Positions 32,526 through 42,930 of a stretch of DNA of 64,000 nucleotides are shown one piece after another. Position 1 is the stretch's first letter. Every line of letters begins with the position of its first letter. This stretch comes from Alphaproteobacteria bacterium (lineage in GTDB: Bacteria; Pseudomonadota; Alphaproteobacteria; MPNO01; UBA830), in the NCBI GenBank assembly GCA_964291215.2, contig OZ219790.1, positions 896,001 through 960,000 of the forward strand, read 5' to 3'. Below the pieces are notes generated by a model that did not search any database, was not told the origin of the DNA, and was given only the letters and a program-made list of their open reading frames with translations. The position numbers were made by a program, and so were the translations under genes.

Positions 32526-32651
32526 GGCGCATCCCTCCTGCCGATATCGCGGTGCCGAGAACCAATACGCCCACACCACCACAGATCTTGCAGTACAACG
32601 AAACGTGACGGTCTGGCCGGTACTCCGGGCAGCCTGCCGGCCAGGCCCGTT

Positions 32652-33569
32652 TCACGCCAGGTACGCGAACAGCTCTTCGCCGAAGCGTTCGCGCTGCGTC
32701 TCGACGACGGGGCGCACCGCATCGACGAAGGCCTGTCGTTCCCTGGTCGACGGGTCGACGATTTCCACCCCGATGTCGCGCAACCCCGCTAGAGCTGCCA
32801 TGTCTTCCGCCGCAGCGAATTCGCGCTGGGCCGCGGTTGCTTCCGTGAGGCTGTCGAAAAGCGCGGCGCGGATGTCTTCGGGCCAACCGTCATGGCTCGG
32901 ACCGTGGCACAGGACCACCGCCGCTCCGAAGAAATGCCCGGTCAGCGTGACGTAGCGATGCTGTTCATAAAGTCTGAAATTCCAGATGTTGGTCAGGGCG
33001 TTGTCCTGGGCGTCTATGGTGCCAGCCCGGACCCCCTCGATGAGGTCCTTCACGTCGAGCCTGACGGTCTCGAATCCGAGAAGGCGGAATGTCTCCTCAT
33101 GGAGGTCGCTGAACAACGTCCGGATCAGCAGCCCCGCACAATCTGACGGCCCGCGGAGCGGATGCACGCGGTTCGAGAGATGGCGGATGCCGTTGTCCCA
33201 GAAACCCAGAAGCCGGTAGGACGAGACCTCGGCAAGCCTCTCCGCCAGAAGCGCGCCGAGCGGCCCGTCGAGCGCCGCATAGGCATTGCTCCGGTCCTCA
33301 AGTACGAACGGAAGATCGAGAAGCCCGAGCTCCGGAACCCGATTGGCCAGATAGCTTGAGGAAAAATAGCACATCGCCAGCTCTCCCCGTTCGACCATGC
33401 CGAGGAGATCGGACGCCTTGCGCCCGGCGTCAATGACATTCCCGACGATCTCGAAGGAGACCGCGTCGCCAAGCCTCCGGCGCAGCCCGTCGCGGAGCAC
33501 TTCCGCAGCACGGCTGTGAACCGACTCCGGTCCCTGGTAACCGCCGAAGCCGATGACGATTCCCGTCAC
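32652..33569 (-). CDS. TRAP transporter substrate-binding protein (DctP family)
   Basis: DLPF, WDNGIRHL, GLLIRT, GTIDAQDN; no obvious signal peptide. Confidence 0.85.
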   Translation of the reverse strand: MTGIVIGFGGYQGPESVHSRAAEVLRDGLRRRLGDAVSFEIVGNVIDAGRKASDLLGMVERGELAMCYFSSSYLANRVPELGLLDLPFVLEDRSNAYAALDGPLGALLAERLAEVSSYRLLGFWDNGIRHLSNRVHPLRGPSDCAGLLIRTLFSDLHEETFRLLGFETVRLDVKDLIEGVRAGTIDAQDNALTNIWNFRLYEQHRYVTLTGHFFGAAVVLCHGPSHDGWPEDIRAALFDSLTEATAAQREFAAAEDMAALAGLRDIGVEIVDPSTRERQAFVDAVRPVVETQRERFGEELFAYLA

Positions 33570-33579
33570 GAGTCCGCCT

Positions 33580-34614
33580 CTACCGATTCTGTGGCAGGGT
33601 AATCGGTTTGCCGCGATCGGCGGAGAGGTCGGCAGCGTTGTACACCTCCATGACCCGGCGCGCCTCGTCGGGCTTGACCATTACGGGCCGGTCGAAGGCG
33701 ACCGCCTCGAGGAAATGAACCGTCTCGCTCGCCATGGCACCGACGAAGAGATGCCCGACCGTCTCGCCTGGCATCGACGACAGCGGGTTGATGCTGCCAT
33801 GTCCCATCCGCGACAGCGTCACGTCGCGATGGGTATCGTCGACGACCAGCGCACCATCGGTTCCGAGGATCTCGATCCAGGTTTGCGAATGATTTGGCGC
33901 CGCGGGTGGCAGGCTCCAGCCCCCGCCAACGGTGACGATCACGCCGCTGTCCATCGTCACCATGATCCACTGGATGTCCGGCGCGCCGTTGATCTCCTTC
34001 ATCGCGCCGAAGGCCTGCTGCGAGTACACCCTGACAGGGCGCGCCGGTTCCAGGCACCAGAGAACAAAATCGAGATCGTGCGTCGATTCCATCGCCGCCG
34101 GAGAAAGGCGGGTGCGGCCGGTGATCCTGGAGCCGAGGTTGCGGGTGACGTTGCGGCTGACAAGCGCACTGACCGGCTTGCCGATCGATCCGTTGGTCAG
34201 GCACTGGCGAACATAGGCGAACTTGGGATTGAAACGCTGCGAATAGCCTATGGTGAACTTGAGACTGTTGCGCGCGGCAAGCGCGATCAACTCGTTGGCC
34301 TCCTCGAGCGTGAGCGCAATCGGCTTTTCGAGAAGCACGTGCCGTCCCGCCTCGAGACAGGCCTTGGCCATCGGATAGTGCGTGCTCTCGGGGGTCGCGG
34401 AAATCATGAAGGTGTCAATCTCCGCGTTGTCGATAAGCTCCCTGTAATCCTCGACCGCGCTGCTGGCGCCCGTCTTCGCAGCAATCTCATGCAGACGGTC
34501 TCCACGAATCTCCGCGACATGCAGCTGGCCGACGAGCGGGCTCGCCGCGCACGTCTCGGCGCGGATTCCGCCGCACCACCCGGTGCCGATCACCCCGACA
34601 TTGACGGCTTTCAT
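33580..34614 (-). CDS. Gfo/Idh/MocA-family oxidoreductase
   Basis: GVIGTGWCG, HVLLEKP, STHDLD. Confidence 0.9.
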   Translation of the reverse strand: MKAVNVGVIGTGWCGGIRAETCAASPLVGQLHVAEIRGDRLHEIAAKTGASSAVEDYRELIDNAEIDTFMISATPESTHYPMAKACLEAGRHVLLEKPIALTLEEANELIALAARNSLKFTIGYSQRFNPKFAYVRQCLTNGSIGKPVSALVSRNVTRNLGSRITGRTRLSPAAMESTHDLDFVLWCLEPARPVRVYSQQAFGAMKEINGAPDIQWIMVTMDSGVIVTVGGGWSLPPAAPNHSQTWIEILGTDGALVVDDTHRDVTLSRMGHGSINPLSSMPGETVGHLFVGAMASETVHFLEAVAFDRPVMVKPDEARRVMEVYNAADLSADRGKPITLPQNR

Positions 34615-34708
34615 CAGTCTCTCTCCCGTTCCGGAAAACGCATGGGCGGCACGTCTCCGCTCGCAGCCGCGCCGATTTATTCCCGGGCGCCTGCGGCCCG
34701 GCGGGCGG

Positions 34709-35770
34709 CTACCCTATGCCGTACTGCTCGCTGGCCAGCCATTCGCGGGGGATGACCCGGTTGGTTCCGGCCGCCCGCATCTTCTCGTAGATTATCGCAC
34801 CAGCTGCGGCGAACTGCATCGCGAGGCCGGTGTTGCTCTTGTAATAGACGATGTTGTCGGGGCGCGATTTCACCGCGACGCGGCCTGCGGCGAGATCGGC
34901 AAGCAGGTGAACCCGACTGCGATCGACCTCGCCGGCATCGAGGAGTTCCAGGAGTTCGATCTGCCTGTTGGCATACAGGCTGTCCCAGTCGTTTATCACG
35001 ATGTTCGAGGCATGCAGGAAGGTTTCCTTGTCAACCTCGCGGCGGGTGATGGTGGGATCCGAGTTCGCGATCGACATGACCATCTGGCCTTCCTGCAGCC
35101 ATTCGCCGCGGATGGCGGGCTCGGTGGAGTTGGTGGCGCTGCAAACGATGTCGGCGCCGTCAATGGCGGACTGTGCGTCCGCAGCCGCGACGATCTCGAT
35201 GTCCGGCCGCGCCGCATCCTTCACGAAGGCTGCGAGATGGTGCGCATTGGGACTAAAGACACGCACGCGCCGGATCGGCCTGACGTGACAAATCGCCTCG
35301 CAATGGGCACGCGCCTGCCGTCCGCTCCCGAGGAGCGCAAGCTCGGCAGCATCCGCGCGCGCGATCTCGTCGATTGCCACTGCGGATGTGGCGCCGACGC
35401 GCACGCCGCTGACGTGGGATTCGTGGAGAAATGCGACCGGCTCCGATGTCCTGATATCGTAGAGGATGACCACGGACCAGTTGACCGGCTCGGGATTGCG
35501 CATCGACCTGCGGCCGCCGCCATAGGCGGAATCGTCGATGATGTGGTTACCGGCACGGACGCAGGCGAGCCCGAAACTCGGCGCCGCACCGACATGGACA
35601 TTGGCATAGTAGCTCCGGTCCGGTTCGCCGGATTCGACCGTGTAGCGAACCCGCGGCAGGCTGACCGCCCTGCCGTCCGCAAGATCGCTAAAACAGGTCC
35701 GCATCGCCTCGATGCATTCGGGCATGGACAGGTGCGTCCTCGCATCCTGGTCGGTGATCACTATGGGCAT
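34709..35770 (-). CDS. Ornithine cyclodeaminase/mu-crystallin family protein (imine reductase-like)
   Basis: RVGATSA, LGSGRQARAH, ADIVCSATNS, YKSNTGLAMQF. Confidence 0.9.
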   Translation of the reverse strand: MPIVITDQDARTHLSMPECIEAMRTCFSDLADGRAVSLPRVRYTVESGEPDRSYYANVHVGAAPSFGLACVRAGNHIIDDSAYGGGRRSMRNPEPVNWSVVILYDIRTSEPVAFLHESHVSGVRVGATSAVAIDEIARADAAELALLGSGRQARAHCEAICHVRPIRRVRVFSPNAHHLAAFVKDAARPDIEIVAAADAQSAIDGADIVCSATNSTEPAIRGEWLQEGQMVMSIANSDPTITRREVDKETFLHASNIVINDWDSLYANRQIELLELLDAGEVDRSRVHLLADLAAGRVAVKSRPDNIVYYKSNTGLAMQFAAAGAIIYEKMRAAGTNRVIPREWLASEQYGIG

Positions 35771-35787
35771 GGTCTCGCGCCTCCGTC

Positions 35788-36279
35788 TCAGAACTGTCCG
35801 CCGAACACGACACCCTCGAAGACCTGGTAGCGAAGCAGCTGTTCGAACACGATCCACACGACTACCGCCACGACGACGGCCGTCAATGCGCTGCGCCGCC
35901 AGGACATCCGGCCCTGGAGGCGCATGAAGGCGAGCGTATAGGCCGGGACGGCGGCGATGAACCCAATCACGGCTACAAGCGCAACGAAACCGGCGACCCA
36001 CGCGCAAGCCGCTGACGGCGCGACGGCGCGCGGCGCGTCATCGGTCGGCATGCTCGAACTGTCGAGCGGCTGGCCCGAGAGAATGCCGTGCAGAACCCGC
36101 CCCGTCCGGCTGTCGGTCTGCGCCGCCAGGTCGAGAAGGCAGAGTGCGAGCGCGCACCACCCGATGAGCATCGGCACGGTATGACCCCTGCCGTCATAGG
36201 CATAGCTCCAGGCGAGGAACAGCGCGGCGATCGCGAGCGCCAGCAGCGAGGGCACGAACCGTCCGCCAAGTGTTTTCAC
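35788..36279 (-). CDS. tctB: Tripartite tricarboxylate transporter small subunit TctB
   Basis: Four hydrophobic segments; overlaps the tctA stop. Confidence 0.8.
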   Translation of the reverse strand: MKTLGGRFVPSLLALAIAALFLAWSYAYDGRGHTVPMLIGWCALALCLLDLAAQTDSRTGRVLHGILSGQPLDSSSMPTDDAPRAVAPSAACAWVAGFVALVAVIGFIAAVPAYTLAFMRLQGRMSWRRSALTAVVVAVVVWIVFEQLLRYQVFEGVVFGGQF

Positions 36280-37781
36280 TGCGGCGCATCCCGATCGCCG
36301 CGCCGTCGCGCCAGCGCGTAGCGCAACGCCGGCAGGAGCAAGCAGAGCATGGTGACAAGGAAGAGCCCGAGCGAGATCTCGCGCACGAAGAAGACCGTCC
36401 AGTCCCCGTCGGCCATGGCGATTGACTGGTGGTAGCTCCGCTCGGCGAGTTCGCCGAGCACAAGCGCGATGACCAGCGTAATGCGGGGAAATTCGAAACG
36501 GATCATGAGATAGCCGACGATGCCAAACACAGCCGCCAGCACGACGTCGCCGAATTCGCCCTTGAGGGCGTAGGTACCGACGAGGGCGACAGACACCACC
36601 GTGGGCACGAGCACGTTCACGTCGACGAGCGTGATCATCGAAAGCTGGCGGGTCACCATCAGCCCGAACAGGGAGGCGAGTACGGTGGAAGCGGTCAGCG
36701 CCAGTATGATGCTGACCACGACCTCCTGCTCCTCGAGGAGCAGCATCGGCCCGGGTTCGATTCCGTGCAGGATGAGGACGCCGAGAAAGATTGCGGATTC
36801 AGCGCTCCCGGGAATGCCGAACGAAAGCGTCGGTATGAGCGATCCGCCGTCCTTGGCGTTGTTGGCCGATTCCGGCGCGATTACCCCCTTGATGTTGCCG
36901 CTGCCGAAGGTGTCCCTGTCCTTCGCGGTTTGCACCGTGGCGGTATAGGCGAGGAACGACGCCACCGTGCCTCCGACCCCGGGAAGTGCGCCGATGAAGG
37001 TGCCGATCGCCGAGCCGCGAAGCAGGATCCCCCAGTTGCGATAGACCGCAAGGACCCCGGGCAGCACGCCGGAAAGCCTGGAGGACGACTTCTCGGACGC
37101 CACGGTTCCGCCCTTGATGCTGAGATTGATCATCTCGGAAAGAGCGAACAGTCCCACCAGGGCGGGCACCAGCGGGATTCCGTCATAGAGATACTCCACG
37201 CCCCCGGCAAAGCGGTAGCCGCCGCTCACCGCGTCGTACCCGACGACCGCCAGCATCAGTCCGAACAGCGCGCTGATCAGCCCGCGCAGGAACGCGCCGC
37301 CGGTGGACACCGCGATCGCGGACAGGCCGAGCATGGCCAGCATGAAGAACTCCGGAGGACCGAACGACAGCACGATCTGCTTGGCGAGCGGAATGATCGC
37401 CACCAGCGTGAAGATCCCGATCAGACCGCCCGTCGACGAGGCAGCGGCAGCGGCGCCGATCGCCATGCCCCCCTTGCCCTGCCTGGCAAGCGGATAGCCG
37501 TCAAAGCAGGTCGCCGCGTTGGGCGCGATCCCGGGTGTGTTGAGGAGGATTGCGGAGACCGACCCGCCGAAGGAGGTCGCGCCCATGACGCCGCCGATCA
37601 TGGTGATCGCGAGCCAAGGCTCCATGCCGAAGGTAAGCGGCATCAGGAGCGCTATCGCCGTGGTCCCGCCAAGCCCCGGCACGGCGCCGAAGACGAGCCC
37701 GACCAGGACCCCCAGGCAGAGATAGAGCGTACCCTGCCATGTGAACAGCAGGGTGAGACCGGCACCCAGGGCTTCAAACAC
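36276..37781 (-). CDS. tctA: Tripartite tricarboxylate transporter permease TctA
   Basis: GAVPGLG, ILLNTPG, DGYPLA, PESANNA, GIPGS. Confidence 0.93.
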   Translation of the reverse strand: MFEALGAGLTLLFTWQGTLYLCLGVLVGLVFGAVPGLGGTTAIALLMPLTFGMEPWLAITMIGGVMGATSFGGSVSAILLNTPGIAPNAATCFDGYPLARQGKGGMAIGAAAAASSTGGLIGIFTLVAIIPLAKQIVLSFGPPEFFMLAMLGLSAIAVSTGGAFLRGLISALFGLMLAVVGYDAVSGGYRFAGGVEYLYDGIPLVPALVGLFALSEMINLSIKGGTVASEKSSSRLSGVLPGVLAVYRNWGILLRGSAIGTFIGALPGVGGTVASFLAYTATVQTAKDRDTFGSGNIKGVIAPESANNAKDGGSLIPTLSFGIPGSAESAIFLGVLILHGIEPGPMLLLEEQEVVVSIILALTASTVLASLFGLMVTRQLSMITLVDVNVLVPTVVSVALVGTYALKGEFGDVVLAAVFGIVGYLMIRFEFPRITLVIALVLGELAERSYHQSIAMADGDWTVFFVREISLGLFLVTMLCLLLPALRYALARRRGDRDAPQ

Positions 37782-37837
37782 GACCGGGTTATCCTTCGCT
37801 CGCTAACCAGATCTGCGCTCGGTGAGGTGCTGCCGGT

Positions 37838-38788
37838 TCAGCTCTTGCCGGCAAGCGCGGACTTGTACTTGAGATAGAACTTCAACACCTTGTCCACGCG
37901 CCCGCCGGTATCGGCCGCGCTTGCCGGCAGGAATGGCCGCTTCTTCGTCTTGGCCTTGAATTCCGGATCGGCCATCGACTTCAGCATGGCCTGTTCCAGG
38001 ATCTTCACGCGGTCGGCCGATACGCCTGGAGGGCCGCCGACCAAACGCTCGAGGCCCATGCCTTCGAGTTCGGCGTAGCCCAGCTCGCGCACGGTCGGAA
38101 CCCCGGGAAAGCTGCTCTTGGCCTCGAAGCTGGCGAGAAGCCGCATGTCGCCAGCCTGGTGATACTTGCGGATGGTGGTCACCAGCGTGTAGACGGCGTC
38201 GCCGTCGCCTCGGACCGCGGCGAGGATGAACTGCTTGGAGCCCTTGTAGCCGGTCAACATCTTGTGGGAGATCTCCATCACGGTCGATGCGACGACGCTC
38301 GCCGTGAAGCCGGTGGAGCCCCGCCCCGTGGTCGTGATCTTGAGCGGACGACCGAGCTTCTTGACGTCGTCGAAGGACTTGATGCTGCTCTTCGCGCCGA
38401 CGGCAAGCACGTAAGTGCCACGGGCCAGCCGCGCCATCCAGCTGACCTTGGACAGGTCGTAGTTCACCTTTTCGCCCATGATTGGCGGAATGGCCATTCC
38501 GGGAATGTTGAAGACCGCGATCGTGTGCCCGTCGGGCTTGGCCCGGAAGAGCTGCGAGATGCCCTTGCGCCCGCCGGCGCCGGAGACGTTCTTGGGAACG
38601 ACATTGACCTTCTCGGGCAGATACTTCTCCATGTAGGGCGTAATCGCCCGCACCGTACGGTCGAAGCCTCCGCCGGGGCTGTAGGGAATGATGAAGGTGA
38701 TGTCCTTTTCCGGAAACGCGTGGGACGCGCCCGGAGCGCCGAGGCTGATCGCAAGTCCAGCGACTGCAGCAAACGCAAAGCGATACAT
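37838..38788 (-). CDS. tctC: Tripartite tricarboxylate transporter substrate-binding protein (TctC/Bug)
   Basis: Signal peptide; PYSPGGGFD, NVSGAGG, KPDGHT, YKG. Confidence 0.9.
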   Translation of the reverse strand: MYRFAFAAVAGLAISLGAPGASHAFPEKDITFIIPYSPGGGFDRTVRAITPYMEKYLPEKVNVVPKNVSGAGGRKGISQLFRAKPDGHTIAVFNIPGMAIPPIMGEKVNYDLSKVSWMARLARGTYVLAVGAKSSIKSFDDVKKLGRPLKITTTGRGSTGFTASVVASTVMEISHKMLTGYKGSKQFILAAVRGDGDAVYTLVTTIRKYHQAGDMRLLASFEAKSSFPGVPTVRELGYAELEGMGLERLVGGPPGVSADRVKILEQAMLKSMADPEFKAKTKKRPFLPASAADTGGRVDKVLKFYLKYKSALAGKS

Positions 38789-38959
38789 GGCGAAGTCTCC
38801 TCTGTGTCAGTCAATCGGATTGATTTCGGCGGTGTCTTCAGATCGCAACCATACTAGACTTGCCCTGGACGGGTAAACTCTGGCGGATGCCGGGCTGAAG
38901 CGCGGCGGCCGCGGAATGGCGGGCCAAGACGGCCGCGGATTCTGGCGTATATCTTGGTG

Positions 38960-38992
38960 TTGACCCATTTCGATATTTCAGCTATTTTCGAA
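38960..38992 (+). promoter_or_regulatory. Putative ars promoter and ArsR operator
   Basis: ttgacc-17 bp-tatttt overlapping the imperfect palindrome ttcgatatttcagctattttcgaa, just before the arsR GTG. Confidence 0.55.
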
Positions 38993-38994
38993 TT

Positions 38995-39396
38995 GTGGAA
39001 GCTATGGAGGCCGTCACCGCGCTCTCGGCGCTGGCCCAGACCCACCGTCTGGCCGTGTTCCGCCTTCTCGTGCAGGAGGGGCCAAACGGCCTTGCCGCCG
39101 GAGAAGTCGCGAAGCGGATCGGCGTGCCGCCGTCGACGCTTTCCCATCATCTCGCGCAGCTCGAGCATGCCGGGCTGCTCCGCTCGTGGCGAGTGCAGCG
39201 CAACATCTTCTACGCTCTCGACATCGAGGGAGCACGCCGCCTGGTCGCGTTCCTCACCGAGGACTGCTGCGCCGGCCAGCCCGAGATCTGCGGCTACGGT
39301 GCGGATGTTCTCGACTGTCTTCCGGCGGCCGAGGATGAAGGCCGGCAGGCACCGCCTGCGGGACACGACGCAACGATCGAACCAGCCGGCTGCTGA
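38995..39396 (+). CDS. arsR: ArsR-family As(III)-responsive repressor
   Basis: ALAQTHRLAVFRLL, STLSHHL, C-terminal DCC...EIC cysteines. Confidence 0.9.
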   Translation: MEAMEAVTALSALAQTHRLAVFRLLVQEGPNGLAAGEVAKRIGVPPSTLSHHLAQLEHAGLLRSWRVQRNIFYALDIEGARRLVAFLTEDCCAGQPEICGYGADVLDCLPAAEDEGRQAPPAGHDATIEPAGC

Positions 39397-39481
39397 CCCG
39401 GGGCTGCGCTGTCAGGCCACGCGACCTCCGCCCGACGCCGAACTCCGTCCTCCTCCACGAAGAAAGCCCGGAAACCATGCC

Positions 39482-40018
39482 ATGACCACCCCACCTTCCG
39501 CCGAACCGTACTTCAACGTACTGTTCCTCTGCACCGGCAACTCGGCGCGGAGTGTCATCGGAGAGAGCATTCTCAACCGCCTGGGCCGTAGCCGTTTCAC
39601 GGGCTACAGCGCCGGCAGCCGACCCGCCGGAGAGATCAATCCGCATGCCGAGGCGCTTCTGCGAAGACTCAAATATCCGACCGCCGGGCTGCGCTCCAAG
39701 TCGTGGGACGAGTTCGCCGCCAGCGACGGGCCTGAGCTCCATTTCGTGTTCACCGTCTGCGACAATGCCGCCCAGGAGGTGTGCCCGGTGTGGCCGGGAC
39801 AGCCCATGACCGCACACTGGGGCGTGCCGGATCCGGCAACGGTCGTAGGCTCGCAGGCCGAAATCGCCGCGGCGTTCCGGGACACCTACCGGATGCTCGA
39901 ACGGCGCATCGACACCTTCGTCAACCTTCCGCTCGCATCGCTGGACCGGCTTGCGCTCCAGCGACACCTCAACGACATCGGCAGCACCGCCGGCACCGGC
40001 GCGAACGCCGCCAGTTGA
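39482..40018 (+). CDS. arsC: Arsenate reductase (LMW-PTP fold)
   Basis: FLCTGNSARS, TVCDNAA.EVCP, HWGVPDP. Confidence 0.92.
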   Translation: MTTPPSAEPYFNVLFLCTGNSARSVIGESILNRLGRSRFTGYSAGSRPAGEINPHAEALLRRLKYPTAGLRSKSWDEFAASDGPELHFVFTVCDNAAQEVCPVWPGQPMTAHWGVPDPATVVGSQAEIAAAFRDTYRMLERRIDTFVNLPLASLDRLALQRHLNDIGSTAGTGANAAS

Positions 40019-40038
40019 CAGCCTCCGGAGCCCGATCC

Positions 40039-40725
40039 GTGGAGAACTTCGATCTTGTCCGGAGGCTGACAGCCGAAGCGATCGGCACCGCCATGCTGCT
40101 GGCGACCGTGGTCGGGTCCGGCATCATGGGCGAGCGGCTCGCCGGCGGTAACGACGCAATCGCCCTGCTCGGCAATACGGCCGCGACGGGAGCCATCCTG
40201 ATGGTGCTCATCCTGGTCTTCGGGCCGGTTTCAGGCGCCCATTTCAATCCCGCGGTGACGCTGTCCTTCGCGTTCCGCCGCGACATCAGACCCTGGGACG
40301 CTACGCTCTATGTGGCCGTGCAGATCCCGGCCGCGATAGCAGGCGTCATCCTGGCCCACCTGATGTTCGCCGAGCAAGTCGTCATGGTCTCGACCAACGC
40401 CCGCACCCTGCCCGGCCACTGGCTCGGCGAGTGCATCGCCACATTCGGCCTCGTCGCCACCATTCTCGGATGCCTCCGCGCGCGGCCCGCTGCGGTTCCC
40501 TATGCCGTCGGCCTGTTCATCACCGCGGGGTACTGGTTCACCTCCTCGACGTCGTTTGCCAATCCCGCGGTCACCATCGCCCGCGCACTCACCGACACGT
40601 TCTCGGGCATCGCGCCGGGCGGAGTGCCGGCCTTCGTGTTCGCCCAGATCGCGGGCGCCTGCCTCGCGACGACCCTCCTGTCCTGGCTCTGGCGAAGCGT
40701 TCCCGAACCTGATTCCGGATCATGA
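40039..40725 (+). CDS. MIP/aquaporin-family channel (AqpS-like arsenite efflux)
   Basis: SGAHFNPAVT and SFANPAVT; located in the ars operon. Confidence 0.9.
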   Translation: MENFDLVRRLTAEAIGTAMLLATVVGSGIMGERLAGGNDAIALLGNTAATGAILMVLILVFGPVSGAHFNPAVTLSFAFRRDIRPWDATLYVAVQIPAAIAGVILAHLMFAEQVVMVSTNARTLPGHWLGECIATFGLVATILGCLRARPAAVPYAVGLFITAGYWFTSSTSFANPAVTIARALTDTFSGIAPGGVPAFVFAQIAGACLATTLLSWLWRSVPEPDSGS

Positions 40726-40806
40726 GAAAGTACCCCACCCGCGTCCTGATCCCGGCGGCCCTGCGCCGCGGTGGCGGACCGCACGCGCTTGACCTATAAG
40801 GTGGCC

Positions 40807-42219
40807 ATGAAGCGCAATCGTCGGGCAAAGATCATCGCGACCCTTGGTCCGGCAACGTCCAATCGGACCGCGATCGAGGATCTGTTCACGGCCGGCGCTG
40901 ACGTGTTCCGGCTCAATTTCAGCCACGGCAGCCATGCCGATCACGAGAATCGCCTCGAAATCGTCCGCGCGATCGAGCGCAAGTACGAGCGCTCGATCGC
41001 CGTGATGGCGGACCTCCAGGGCCCCAAGCTCCGCATCTCGACCTTGCAGGGCGGCGCAGCGGACCTTGCGAAAAACCGGACGGTCCGGCTCCAGCTCGGA
41101 AGCAATGCAGGCAACGCGGAACGGATCTTTCTTCCCCATCCCGAGATCTTCGAGGCGCTTGAGCCCGGCATCAACATCCTGCTCGACGACGGCAAGGTCC
41201 GCCTCCGCGTCACCCGATGCGGTCCGAACCATGCGGACGCGGACATCATCACCGGCGGCAGACTGACCGATCGCAAGGGCGTAAACGTCCCGAACGCACT
41301 GCTGCCGCTGGCGGCGATCACCGACAAGGACCGGGCGGACCTGGATTTCGCACTCGACATCGGCGTCGACTGGATCGCGCTGTCGTTCGTGCAGCGATCC
41401 GAAGACCTCACCGAGGCGCGCGAGCTGGTCGGAGACCGCGCGGCGCTGCTCGCCAAGCTGGAGAAGCCGGCCGCGATCAAGAAACTCGCCGAGATCGTCG
41501 CGCTCTCGGACGCGCTCATGGTCGCCCGCGGTGATCTCGGCGTCGAACTGCCGCCGGAGGATGTGCCGGGAATCCAGAAGCTGATCGTCCGCCAGGCCCG
41601 ACGCGCAGGCAAGCCTGTCGTCGTCGCCACCCAGATGCTGGAATCCATGATCCATGCCCCGACGCCGACCCGCGCCGAGGCTTCCGACATCGCAACCGCG
41701 GTCTTCGACGGCGTCGACGCGGTGATGCTGTCGGCGGAAACCGCCGCCGGCGGCCACGCGCGCGAGGCGGTAGCAACGATGGATCGCATCATCGCCCGCG
41801 TCGAACGGGATGAACACTACCGCGCGATCATGGATACCGTGCGATCCAATCCGGAACGCACGACCGCGGACGCGATCACCGCCGCTGCACGCCAGGTCAC
41901 CGAGACCATCGAGGCAGCCGCAATCGTTACCTTCACGACGTCCGGATCGACGGCGCTCCGGGCGGCCCGAGAACGCCCGACGGTTCCCATACTGTGCCTC
42001 ACCCCAAACCCGGCGGCGGCCCGCCGCCTCACCATCGCCTGGGGCGTGCACACGGTCGTGTCCCGCGACGTTCAGGACTTTGCCGACATGGTCGACAAGG
42101 CCTGCCGGTTCGCCCTGCATGAGGGTCTGGCGAGCACCGGAGAACGTCTGGTCGTGACTGCGGGGGTGCCGTTCGGCACGCCGGGCAGCACCAACGTGCT
42201 CAGGATCGTCCGCACATAG
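40807..42219 (+). CDS. pyk: Pyruvate kinase
   Basis: KIIATLGPA, RLNFSHG, DLQGPK, MVARGDLGVE, ATQMLESM, MLSAETA. Confidence 0.97.
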   Translation: MKRNRRAKIIATLGPATSNRTAIEDLFTAGADVFRLNFSHGSHADHENRLEIVRAIERKYERSIAVMADLQGPKLRISTLQGGAADLAKNRTVRLQLGSNAGNAERIFLPHPEIFEALEPGINILLDDGKVRLRVTRCGPNHADADIITGGRLTDRKGVNVPNALLPLAAITDKDRADLDFALDIGVDWIALSFVQRSEDLTEARELVGDRAALLAKLEKPAAIKKLAEIVALSDALMVARGDLGVELPPEDVPGIQKLIVRQARRAGKPVVVATQMLESMIHAPTPTRAEASDIATAVFDGVDAVMLSAETAAGGHAREAVATMDRIIARVERDEHYRAIMDTVRSNPERTTADAITAAARQVTETIEAAAIVTFTTSGSTALRAARERPTVPILCLTPNPAAARRLTIAWGVHTVVSRDVQDFADMVDKACRFALHEGLASTGERLVVTAGVPFGTPGSTNVLRIVRT

Positions 42220-42313
42220 CGGCTCGCGGTCTGCGAATGCCGGCTGCAGACTCCGCCGTCCGGCAAGTTTTGACCGAAAGAGAACGCCGGGCTCTGGAAT
42301 GGAAGCCGCGCCG

Positions 42314-42766
42314 TCAGCCGGGATCGCGGCAGTGGATGAAGAACACCCCTTCGGCATGCCATACCGGCTCGTTCACCTCGTCGAGCCCCTGGAACTCGAA
42401 ACGCACGAGGCCGCGATCTGGCTTTGAGCGCGAGCGCCGCGAATCAAGCACGCGTGCATGCGGCCTGATCCGGGCCCCGGGAAGGACCGGCTTGAGCCAC
42501 CTGAATGATTCGAAACCCGGCGAAGCCAGTCCCGCAGTCTCGCGCATGACATCGTCGAGGAACGGCGTGATGCAGCTGAGCGCGGTCTGCCAGCCGCTCG
42601 CAATCAACCCGCCATAGGGTGCCGTGGCCGGCGAATCGGGTTCGGTATGCATCGGCTGCGGATCGTGACGCCTGGCGAACTCGAGGATGCTGTCAACATC
42701 GGGCACCCACGGCTCGTAATTCCATTCGTCCCCGACGGCAAAATCCTCATAGAAATATCGTGGCAT
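42314..42766 (-). CDS. MaoC-family (hotdog) dehydratase
   Basis: YEDF, DPQPMH, GLIASGWQT, RWLKPV. Confidence 0.88.
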   Translation of the reverse strand: MPRYFYEDFAVGDEWNYEPWVPDVDSILEFARRHDPQPMHTEPDSPATAPYGGLIASGWQTALSCITPFLDDVMRETAGLASPGFESFRWLKPVLPGARIRPHARVLDSRRSRSKPDRGLVRFEFQGLDEVNEPVWHAEGVFFIHCRDPG

Positions 42767-42930
42767 GGCCGTATCCAAACTGCTGTCTCCCGGCAGTGCC
42801 GGCCGGGCGGAACCTATCACCGCCGCGTTGCGGTTGCCATTTGCGACGAACAGCCAAATCCGGCCCGCCGGCCGCCACGTCCGAAGGCGCGATTCCTTGA
42901 CGGGCGGAACTCAGGGAATAGACTGCAGGC

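Noticed and set aside
40720-42357. Long antisense ORFs (545 aa opposite pyk; also 36429-37877, 45747-47033, 57863-59194)
   Set aside because: These are shadow ORFs expected from high-GC codon bias; they have no motifs and lie opposite well-supported genes
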